From the IMG/VR virus record IMGVR_UViG_3300025888_000017, positions 1 through 40,364 of that record: DNA of 40,364 bases. One strand, 5' to 3'. The stretch's first letter is position 1; every line of letters starts with the position of its first letter. The notes under the pieces were generated by a model. The model had not been told where the DNA came from. It did not search any database and worked only from the letters and a program-made list of their open reading frames with translations. Positions 8,163-16,386 of the stretch are shown here, piece by piece. This stretch comes from a virus (lineage: Duplodnaviria > Caudoviricetes). A program made the translations under genes and the position numbers.

Positions 8163-9518
8163 ATGACTGAGATTCGTGTTCCAGACTACATAGCCAGCCC
8201 CAAACAGGCCGTATTTCATACTATGGTGGCAGACGAGAAACTATACGGTGGAGCGGCGGGTGGGGGCAAGACGGCGGCACTGGTAGCCGAGGCTGTTACA
8301 CTAGCCCTGGAATATCCGGGCATACCCATAAACCTATTCCGTCGTACTATACCCGAACTCAACAAGACCATTAAGGTAGAAATCATTAGACAGTGCGGGG
8401 CATACATTAGGGCCGGTCACATGACCTGGCGCGGCTCAAGCGATGGCGAGAACGAGGGTAGGTCTTATGTATTTGACAACGGCTCTAGCATTATATTGAA
8501 CTACTGCGACACCGACGCGGACATATACCGCTATCAGGGGTCTGAGATGCCCGTAATAGGCATAGATGAACTGACGCAATTCCCGATGACGTGGGTAGAG
8601 TACCTACTGACCCGTAACCGCACATCAAATCACAAATGGCCCACACTATTCATGGCCGGTACAAACCCTGGAGGGATAGGACATGGTTGGGTTAAGGCGC
8701 GGTACATAGACACGGCCCCCCCAGGGACAATCAACGAGGTACATTTGCCCGATGGTTCAGTTAAGACGACAGTATTCATACCAGCCACGCTAGACGATCA
8801 CCCAGACGAGAAGTTCAAGAGGGACTACAACAAAGTCCTACAGGGCATATCCGATCCACAACTGCGTCGTGCGTTACGATATGGTGACTGGGATGTGTTC
8901 GCGGGGCAGGTCTTCAGTGAGTTCAGAAGAGACATACACGTTATTGATCCGTTTGAGATACCGACCCACTGGCAGAGATGGCGAGCGATGGACTACGGCA
9001 ACAACAACGCTGTCGGTTGGTTCGCTAAAGACCCAGCCAGTGAACGCATTTATATGTACCGAGAGTATCGAACGACAGAGTTTCTCGATATTACTACAAA
9101 GGCAAGGAACATCACTCAATTTGAAGCCGGTGAGAACGTATCCTATGGACTGGCCGATCCGTCCATATGGGGGGGTGCTGGCGATCACAATACGGGCAAG
9201 AGCGTGGGCGAGATGTTTGCGGCCGATGGCGTCAAATGGATTCCGGCCAACAATGATCGCAAGGCTGGACTGGCCGTTGTCCACGATAAACTAGGAATTG
9301 GGGCGGATGGACTGCCAAAGATGCAGTTCTTTAGTACTTGTGTATCGACTATTCGTACCCTACCGTCGCTACCCTACGATAAGATACGAGTAGATGATGT
9401 TGATACTAAGGCCGACGATCACGACTACGACATGGTTAGGTATGGGTTGATGGCACAGGTTCAGAAAGCACCACACAAAGAACGTCAACATCATGAAAGG
9501 CTGAAGTTTCATGTCTAG
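8163..9518 (+). CDS. terL: Terminase large subunit
   Basis: Walker A YGGAAGGGKT, Walker B IGIDE, GTNPGG coupling motif, nuclease DYG...DPS...DDHDYD. Confidence 0.96.
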   Translation: MTEIRVPDYIASPKQAVFHTMVADEKLYGGAAGGGKTAALVAEAVTLALEYPGIPINLFRRTIPELNKTIKVEIIRQCGAYIRAGHMTWRGSSDGENEGRSYVFDNGSSIILNYCDTDADIYRYQGSEMPVIGIDELTQFPMTWVEYLLTRNRTSNHKWPTLFMAGTNPGGIGHGWVKARYIDTAPPGTINEVHLPDGSVKTTVFIPATLDDHPDEKFKRDYNKVLQGISDPQLRRALRYGDWDVFAGQVFSEFRRDIHVIDPFEIPTHWQRWRAMDYGNNNAVGWFAKDPASERIYMYREYRTTEFLDITTKARNITQFEAGENVSYGLADPSIWGGAGDHNTGKSVGEMFAADGVKWIPANNDRKAGLAVVHDKLGIGADGLPKMQFFSTCVSTIRTLPSLPYDKIRVDDVDTKADDHDYDMVRYGLMAQVQKAPHKERQHHERLKFHV

Positions 9519-9771
9519 TATTAGCCCCACCATTTCCCATGGCAAGTTGATAACCACCACTTCGTACTATGATGGTGCGGTTGCCTCACAAAAGCAGGAG
9601 TTAGAGGTTAGTGTTTATTCCAGCCGAGAGACAATCCTAAAGGACATCATCGACGCACTGGGTTGCATTACATCGGGCGAGTCAACCAAACTAGAGTTAT
9701 GTATCAAGGTAGACCAGAGACAGCGATACCAGTTGGTCAAGAAGTGGCGCGTTGGAGGGGGTGCAGAATGA
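9511..9771 (+). CDS. Hypothetical protein
   Basis: ORF overlapping the terL end. Confidence 0.6.
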   Translation: MSSISPTISHGKLITTTSYYDGAVASQKQELEVSVYSSRETILKDIIDALGCITSGESTKLELCIKVDQRQRYQLVKKWRVGGGAE

Positions 9772-10031
9772 GAGTTACTATAGGCAGAGATCTATTGGAT
9801 ATTAGCGAATGGGCTGGCAAGAAGCAACGGCTACAGACATCTATTGAGTCTGAGGTATATCGGAGACACCTAGACGATACGTTACCCTACAAGCTGATCA
9901 TGACGGACGAACAGTATGAGATGCTCAAGAACACCATAGAGTTTGGCGAGAAGGGTGAGTGGAGGTATCGACTACCGCACGACCGCATCTATACGACAAA
10001 TTACAACTGCATGGAGATTATCATAAAATAA
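9768..10031 (+). CDS. Hypothetical protein
   Basis: ATG 9768 after GGAGG, ATGA overlap. Confidence 0.6.
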   Translation: MRVTIGRDLLDISEWAGKKQRLQTSIESEVYRRHLDDTLPYKLIMTDEQYEMLKNTIEFGEKGEWRYRLPHDRIYTTNYNCMEIIIK

Positions 10032-10034
10032 CCA

Positions 10035-10063
10035 TAGACGTTTACACCCAAAAGTAGTATAAT
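10035..10063 (+). promoter_or_regulatory. Sigma70-like promoter for the head operon
   Basis: TAGACG-17 nt-TATAAT. Confidence 0.65.
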
Positions 10064-10120
10064 GTCCACAGAATAACCCAGAGAACTGCCAATGCGCAAA
10101 TCTGAAATAAGGATTTGCGC

Positions 10121-12319
10121 ATGGCTTTTTTGAAAAAAACAGATCTCAAGACGCTTTATAGCGAAAGTAAAACCGACGCCCACCTCTGGCGATCTCAGTA
10201 CGAAGAATACGAACGCCTGATGGACAACGGACTAATGGAGGGTTTAGACTCTAACCTCCCCGAAGTCAACGATGGTAGCCTAGCCGCTGCCTTATTCAAG
10301 TTACCTAAACGAATCGTATCCAGTAAACTCTCTGGTACATTCAAGTCTACCGACCGAGATGAGGGCTGGATAAGCGAACTAGCTAACATGGTCTGGCAGA
10401 AAGACATCATACCCTACGCCAACACGCAAGCGCCATTCGTCAGGAAGTGGAAAGATGCTGTTCGTAAAGCCGCAGGCTATGGGTCAGTCCCACTGGTTAC
10501 CCTATTTGTTGAATCAGAGGGCAAACGACACGCTGACTTTATCGTTGCCCAGCCCCAAGACGTTACCATGGAGCCGGGCAAAGTATCTGACTACGACTCA
10601 GACGTGATGTTCTGGGACATTTACTACTCGAAACTCCAACTAGAGAACATGATCGAGCAAGCCAAGTCTGAGAAGCCAGCCAAGGGCAAGCAGACTGTTA
10701 ATAAATGGAATGTCCCCGCCCTAGAGAAGATCCTTGCAAGTAACGGTACACAGTCACGCGACGGACAGGACGAACCCAAACAGAACGGCGAGAAGGTTAG
10801 GCCTGTCGGGTTTAAGTTCTGCATAGCCGTCCAAAAAGGCGCAGACGCCCCATTCTATATGTATCACTCGAACACCAATGAAACCGTCCGAGAGTGGAGC
10901 AACCCAGACCCAACGGGCGATTGTGGTATTCACTTCCTATATTGCTACCAAGACATGGTTAACCCATACGGAATTGGGATTGTTAAGTTAGCTGGTGGTA
11001 CGCAGAACGTATTAGATTACTTCCGTAAAGCCGATGTTCTAGCCACGCAGACGGGCATACGACCACCAGTTGCTATCGAGGGCAACGAAGATGACGTAGA
11101 TCTCGACTCCATTGTTTATGAAGAGAACGCCATCTGGTTCACGGGCGGTGCTAAAGTTGTCCGCCAAGAACTAGCCAACGGTATCTACCAGGCGCTACCT
11201 GAAAGAATCATGATGTACAAGACCTCACTTAATCAACTCATCCCCCTAGGAGACACGAGCGCAACAGCCCAAGGTTCGGGCGATCCAACCCAATCCAAAA
11301 CTCCAGCCGGTGTGAAAATGCAAGCCGCCTCTCTCTCAATAGATGATGAAGATTTCAAAGACAACCTTTATGTTACCTATGAAGCCGTCGCAAAGTCCAT
11401 GATAAACGTCCACTTTGCCAACATGGAAGGCACGGACTTGATGAAACTGTCTGACGACGAGCGCGAAATCCTACAAAAAGGCGGGCTAGAGTTTCCACAG
11501 AGTCAAGACGGTGAAGTGTCTAACCAACTAGAGATTAAGTGGGACACCGTTAGGGCCATGTTTGACTTTGAGATAGACCCAGAGGTTGATAAAGCCAAAG
11601 ATGATGCCGACAAACTCGAAGGATTGACACGAGTAGCCGAACTGTCCGCTAGTGATCCTACCTTTGCCCAAGACCTTCAGGCAGTTGGTAAGAAGTTCAA
11701 CAAGGGCGAACTGTACGCCGATATGGTTAAACTCACGACCGATAATGATAAGATCATCACCGATATTGGCCCAGAAGACAAAGCGGGACAGGTAGACCAG
11801 AACGGACAGCCGATGCAACCATCCATTGACCCAACAACTGGACAGCCAATGCAACAGGGACAACCACCAGTAGGCGGGCAACCACAGCAGCCCGTAACTC
11901 AAGGTCCTAAACTTCCAAGCGAGTCACTGAACTATAAAGACGCCCCAGAAGACATCAAGCGTCAAATCGAAGCCCAGGCTGGTATGTCACCGTCACAGAT
12001 GACATCACCCGTTCAGGCGGCAGTCGATCAGAAGCAACAGCAACTAGACCAATCCGCCCAGCAACAGGGGCACAGTCAAGCCCTAGATATGGTTAATGCC
12101 GCACAACCCCCACAAACGACCGCACCTAATGCCCCACAAGGCGCTCCAGCACAACAAGGTGGACAAGATGTCACACCCGAGATGCGGGCCAACATAGATG
12201 CTGTGATGAAACAATATGGCGTTGATGAGAACACCGCCCTTACCGCACTAGCCGCCGAGCATGCGGGATTCCCCGTCCAAGACGTAATCGCTGAAATGCA
12301 GAGGAGGACACAGGGATGA
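10121..12319 (+). CDS. Portal protein (P22-like, with Gln/Pro-rich C-terminal tail)
   Basis: Position after terL, ~730 aa, PYGIGIV and KTPAGV motifs, low-complexity Q-rich C-terminus. Confidence 0.8.
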   Translation: MAFLKKTDLKTLYSESKTDAHLWRSQYEEYERLMDNGLMEGLDSNLPEVNDGSLAAALFKLPKRIVSSKLSGTFKSTDRDEGWISELANMVWQKDIIPYANTQAPFVRKWKDAVRKAAGYGSVPLVTLFVESEGKRHADFIVAQPQDVTMEPGKVSDYDSDVMFWDIYYSKLQLENMIEQAKSEKPAKGKQTVNKWNVPALEKILASNGTQSRDGQDEPKQNGEKVRPVGFKFCIAVQKGADAPFYMYHSNTNETVREWSNPDPTGDCGIHFLYCYQDMVNPYGIGIVKLAGGTQNVLDYFRKADVLATQTGIRPPVAIEGNEDDVDLDSIVYEENAIWFTGGAKVVRQELANGIYQALPERIMMYKTSLNQLIPLGDTSATAQGSGDPTQSKTPAGVKMQAASLSIDDEDFKDNLYVTYEAVAKSMINVHFANMEGTDLMKLSDDEREILQKGGLEFPQSQDGEVSNQLEIKWDTVRAMFDFEIDPEVDKAKDDADKLEGLTRVAELSASDPTFAQDLQAVGKKFNKGELYADMVKLTTDNDKIITDIGPEDKAGQVDQNGQPMQPSIDPTTGQPMQQGQPPVGGQPQQPVTQGPKLPSESLNYKDAPEDIKRQIEAQAGMSPSQMTSPVQAAVDQKQQQLDQSAQQQGHSQALDMVNAAQPPQTTAPNAPQGAPAQQGGQDVTPEMRANIDAVMKQYGVDENTALTALAAEHAGFPVQDVIAEMQRRTQG

Positions 12320-12645
12320 CAGAACGGGTAGGCAGAGATGACAGTCTTTTATACTCGGGTGCTACTAGTGCCAGCTTTGCTAGGCCAAAAGTTCAAGAGC
12401 TAGTCCAGGCGAAGCGAGAAGAAGCCAAAAAGAAACGACAGGTGCTAAAACCAGCCGGTGAGATTCTAGTCGCTGAGATCAATAAAGAACTAAACGATCT
12501 GATGTTCGGGCCATACGTTGACGAGGATAAAATGACCGACGATGAGTTTAGGGTTGAACGTCGAGCCAGACGACTCACGGTTGAGAAGATCAATGCTATT
12601 AAGGGCAGGCTGACTAATATCTTGCGGGACAACAAACTTATATGA
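12316..12645 (+). CDS. Hypothetical helical head-region protein
   Basis: ORF between portal and scaffold. Confidence 0.7.
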   Translation: MTERVGRDDSLLYSGATSASFARPKVQELVQAKREEAKKKRQVLKPAGEILVAEINKELNDLMFGPYVDEDKMTDDEFRVERRARRLTVEKINAIKGRLTNILRDNKLI

Positions 12646-12827
12646 ACGAAGAACCAGAAGAAGTAGAGCAAGAACCTACCGTCGAGTACCAACTGGACTT
12701 GAATAACTTGCCGAAAGTAACTCACCGATGGGTGAAGAGGGGGATCGTCGTTAGTTGCGAGAATGCTGGACACCCCAGCCACCGTCATTTCCTAACAAAC
12801 AAAAGGGATATTGCGCCGGAGCTATAA
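12642..12827 (+). CDS. Hypothetical protein with HRW...C...H..H motif
   Basis: ORF with ATGA overlap. Confidence 0.6.
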   Translation: MNEEPEEVEQEPTVEYQLDLNNLPKVTHRWVKRGIVVSCENAGHPSHRHFLTNKRDIAPEL

Positions 12828-12938
12828 AGACCCCAACGGGTTTATATCTCCAGCGGAGAACCTCTTTCTCCAACGCTCGCACCGTACTGCTAGACCAGAT
12901 TAAGGGCGTTCGGTCTGCCCACAACAAAAGGAGTGATA

Positions 12939-13715
12939 ATGGCAGATAATACTGCACCAGTAGAAGACACATCAGACGATGACGTATCTCTCGAGGATAT
13001 GGATCTGAACTTTGATGATGTAGCGGATGACGAATCCGAATCAACTGTGTCCGAAGACAAACCAGAGGATAAAACCGAAGACGAGTCAGCGGAAAAAGAA
13101 TCTGAGGAAGAAGCCGTAGACGAGGAGGCGCAAGCCGACGAATCAACAGAGACAACCGAAGAGGAATCTGACGAGGACAAGCAAAAGTCTTTCAACAATG
13201 AAATGGCTCAAAAGCGAATCCAAGAGCGTGAACAGCGCAAGGCCCAAGAAGCACAGCAGAAAGACCAGCAACAGGAGTACATATCTGAAGCGGGTGACGA
13301 TGACGTGCAAACGGCTGTCAGGCAACTGCAAGTCGATGCTTACAACAATAAGGTCGAAGGCAACACCAACAAGCTAACGAATGGCTATGAGCGAGCAGTA
13401 AAGGACTTTCCGATACTGTCAGACCAGACACCAGAGATACAAGCCGAAGTGAACGCCGCCATTGACGCATTCCAATCAATACACGTCAAAATCGACCAAT
13501 GGGGCAACCCAAGTGAAGTAAGTGGAGATTTGTATAAATATTTACAATCTAAAGCCGATTCTATTGAACGCTTAACCCAAATCGGTGCAAGGAAACAGGG
13601 CGACGACAAGATCAAGGAGAAATCCAAGGTCATGACACCACCCTCCAAAACACCGAAAGAACCTAAGACTGACCCCGATATGGAAGGGTTTGACGAGGAG
13701 GCTAAGCGCTGGTAG
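12939..13715 (+). CDS. Capsid scaffolding protein
   Basis: Highly acidic N-terminus, coiled-coil, directly upstream of the capsid gene; AAGGAG RBS. Confidence 0.8.
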   Translation: MADNTAPVEDTSDDDVSLEDMDLNFDDVADDESESTVSEDKPEDKTEDESAEKESEEEAVDEEAQADESTETTEEESDEDKQKSFNNEMAQKRIQEREQRKAQEAQQKDQQQEYISEAGDDDVQTAVRQLQVDAYNNKVEGNTNKLTNGYERAVKDFPILSDQTPEIQAEVNAAIDAFQSIHVKIDQWGNPSEVSGDLYKYLQSKADSIERLTQIGARKQGDDKIKEKSKVMTPPSKTPKEPKTDPDMEGFDEEAKRW

Positions 13716-13737
13716 ATGATGAGAAAAGGACACTAAA

Positions 13738-14574
13738 ATGGCAATTCATTTAGCAACTAAGTTCGAGACGAAAACCTCTGAACTATTGCGAGTGCGCTCG
13801 AAAAGTAAAGCATTCACTAACCAGGATTACTCTTGGGACGGTGTAAACGCGATCATTGTTTCGACGCTAACAGACCCAACAATGGGCAACTACGACAAAA
13901 CCGCCCAGGGCAACCGCTATGGTGCTGCAAGCGAAATTGAAGACACTCAGCAAACATGGACCCTAGCAATGGACCGTGCATGGACAAAGACAATCGACAA
14001 GGCTAACTTCCAGGATTCAATGATGATTCGCAAACCAGGCAAGTATCTTGCACAAGCAACAAAGAATGTGCTTGTACCAGAAATTGATGCCTACGTCTTC
14101 CAGGCAATCGTTACGGCTGGTGCTGTGGCAAACCGCGACGACATCGTTGCTGACGCCGCTACTACCGCCTCTAACGCTTTCACAAACTTCCTAGCGCTTA
14201 ACGCTAACTCAACTGACAACGAAGCACCTGAAGAGGGTCGCGTTGCTGCTATGACAGCCGCTTACTACAACTTCCTTAAACAAGGTGGTTTTGTACTCGA
14301 TAGCGACAAGGGACAGGGAATGTTGCAGAGTGGCTCACTTGGAAGGGTTGACAACGTAGAAGTCTTTGTCGTGCCTTCTAACCGCCTTCCTGCTAACTGT
14401 GACTTGATTATCAGTCACCCAAGCGTTTGTGTAGCTCCTGAAAAACTAGTAGATTACACACTTCACTCTAACCCAGTTGGCGTAAGTGGTGATGTCCTAG
14501 AGTACCGACACCGCTACGATGCCTTTGTTGATACCAACAAAGTCAACAGCGTTGCCATCCACATGACCGCCTAG
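13738..14574 (+). CDS. Major capsid protein (HK97 fold)
   Basis: DYSWDG...IV....MGNYD...RYG...EIEDT.Q..TL..DR...TID pattern of phage MCPs; strong RBS and highly-expressed-type codon use. Confidence 0.85.
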   Translation: MAIHLATKFETKTSELLRVRSKSKAFTNQDYSWDGVNAIIVSTLTDPTMGNYDKTAQGNRYGAASEIEDTQQTWTLAMDRAWTKTIDKANFQDSMMIRKPGKYLAQATKNVLVPEIDAYVFQAIVTAGAVANRDDIVADAATTASNAFTNFLALNANSTDNEAPEEGRVAAMTAAYYNFLKQGGFVLDSDKGQGMLQSGSLGRVDNVEVFVVPSNRLPANCDLIISHPSVCVAPEKLVDYTLHSNPVGVSGDVLEYRHRYDAFVDTNKVNSVAIHMTA

Positions 14575-14618
14575 AGCAGATAACTAACCCCGCCTAATGG
14601 CGTGAAAGGACACTAAAA

Positions 14619-14798
14619 ATGTCAGATATTAAACCAAATAGACTAGATGAAGTTCGCGCAATGGCTATCTACAACACTGAAAAGCGTTTCGCAGAGGCCA
14701 AGGAAAAAGAGGAAGAGAAGGCTAAGTTGGAAGTAATTGCAACTAAAGTGGCTAATTCTCGACAACCAGCAAAGACCCTAGTAGAAAAGGATAAATAA
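14619..14798 (+). CDS. Small charged protein (59 aa), missed by the ORF track
   Basis: RBS AAAGGACACTAAAA identical to that of the capsid gene; MSDIKPNRLDEVR... Confidence 0.75.
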   Translation: MSDIKPNRLDEVRAMAIYNTEKRFAEAKEKEEEKAKLEVIATKVANSRQPAKTLVEKDK

Positions 14799-14800
14799 TT

Positions 14801-15178
14801 ATGGCTATTGATTCAACAGGAGTCAACTCGGTCGGGTATGGCTTCCGAACTAAAGAAACTATCACAGCCGCAACACTGACTACTGACTTGAACGACAGTG
14901 GTAAGGTTCTAAACTTTACTGCCGCTGCCGTCACGGTCACGCTACACGCCGTAGCGGCCGGTGAAACGCTGACTCTACGAGTAGGTGCAAACCCACAAGT
15001 GTTGACAGTCAGCCCAGATGCTGGTGATGGTATCAAGGGTTGTGACGCAACCGGTACGGACAACAAGGACATTGTATTTACTAACCAACCAGTCGGCAGT
15101 TATGTCACTTTGGTCGGTGGTAACTCAACAGCCTGGGTCATTCAATCAGTTAGTGGCGCATTTTCAATAGAAGCCTAA
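14801..15178 (+). CDS. Putative head decoration/fibre protein
   Basis: DSGKVL...VTL...YVTLVG...WVI beta-rich module. Confidence 0.65.
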   Translation: MAIDSTGVNSVGYGFRTKETITAATLTTDLNDSGKVLNFTAAAVTVTLHAVAAGETLTLRVGANPQVLTVSPDAGDGIKGCDATGTDNKDIVFTNQPVGSYVTLVGGNSTAWVIQSVSGAFSIEA

Positions 15179-15292
15179 TAGTAAATTAAATTGAAATCTA
15201 CCTAAAGTATCACCGATTCAGTAGTCATAGACCAGAACTGAACGATCACAATAGGTCATTCATAACCAAAGAAAGTATAAAGGAGCAATAAA

Positions 15293-15760
15293 ATGCCAAA
15301 GTTCGTAAGACAAGGGGACAACACCCTTATAGGAAACAACACCTTCACGGGTACTAATACGTTCAGTGGAACAACTAACTTTACTGGAACACTGGCCTCG
15401 ACCGGTGGTCAGACCAAAGTTGTGGCCCAGAGCGCTCTTGTTGGAGCGACAGTTGTCTTGACAGCTGCCGACTCAGGCAAGGTGCTTATCAACCGTTCAA
15501 CGAGTGGTACGCCATCTTGGACACTACCAACGAACGCCGCTGGCCTGTTCTTCACCTTTGTAGTGGCTAACGTCACCGCTGGATTCACCGTCACGGGTGG
15601 AACCGTTAAGGCTAAGACTAGCGCCGCTGGAACCGCTATCAGTGGTACAACTTTGACGAATACTCAGGGTACAGCAGTTGTCGGTGATACGATCACCCTA
15701 GTAGCTGATGGTACTAACTGGGTCATGACGGCTCAATCAGGTATCTTCGCGGCCGCTTAA
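15293..15760 (+). CDS. Putative head decoration/fibre protein (paralog of the previous gene)
   Basis: NTFTGTNTFSG repeat plus DSGKVL...TLP...ITLVADGTNW module. Confidence 0.65.
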   Translation: MPKFVRQGDNTLIGNNTFTGTNTFSGTTNFTGTLASTGGQTKVVAQSALVGATVVLTAADSGKVLINRSTSGTPSWTLPTNAAGLFFTFVVANVTAGFTVTGGTVKAKTSAAGTAISGTTLTNTQGTAVVGDTITLVADGTNWVMTAQSGIFAAA

Positions 15761-15819
15761 CAGTAAACTTAATAGCCCCGTAGCAATAAGGCTATGGGGT
15801 TGCAGGAAAGGAGAATACA

Positions 15820-16332
15820 ATGCCAGCCATCGGGGAAATCCTCAACATGAAGTACAACAAGGCTTCAAAGACGCAAACATTGACAGGAAACAATACAACC
15901 GTTTCAACACCGTTATTTCACATAACAGGTACGGTTCATATCAGTCAACTATATTCGGTTGTAACAACCGTTCTAGGATCTGCGGTTACGGCCGCTTACT
16001 GGAGAATCAACGACCAAACAGCCCAAGTAGCTATATCTTTGGCAACGGGTACAACGTTATCTAACGCACCAGTTGGATCGTATCTTTCGCGCCATAGTAT
16101 TGTAAGTGTCGCTTTAATTTATACAAGTTCTGCCGCTGGCGCTGTTAAAGACACGGTAGCCGCAACTGCTGCCGAAACATTTATGCCGTTTGTTGTTAAT
16201 CAAAAGACTGGCGGAGTACAGACAGATATAGAGTTCACATACTCAACAACCAACACCCCCACCACTGGAGTAATTCAACACTTTGTTGAGTGGCAGCCAC
16301 TCTCGGCGGATGGTTTTGTTAGTAGCGTCTAA
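15820..16332 (+). CDS. Putative structural beta-sandwich protein
   Basis: Thr/Val-rich; AAAGGAG RBS; inside the structural operon. Confidence 0.6.
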   Translation: MPAIGEILNMKYNKASKTQTLTGNNTTVSTPLFHITGTVHISQLYSVVTTVLGSAVTAAYWRINDQTAQVAISLATGTTLSNAPVGSYLSRHSIVSVALIYTSSAAGAVKDTVAATAAETFMPFVVNQKTGGVQTDIEFTYSTTNTPTTGVIQHFVEWQPLSADGFVSSV

Positions 16333-16386
16333 TAATAAACACAGTGGGTGGCGATAATTCAGTCACCACCCCATAACGGAGTAAAC

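Noticed and set aside
15774-15802. Terminator after the decoration gene
   Set aside because: Strong hairpin but no U-tract; more likely a processing or stability element
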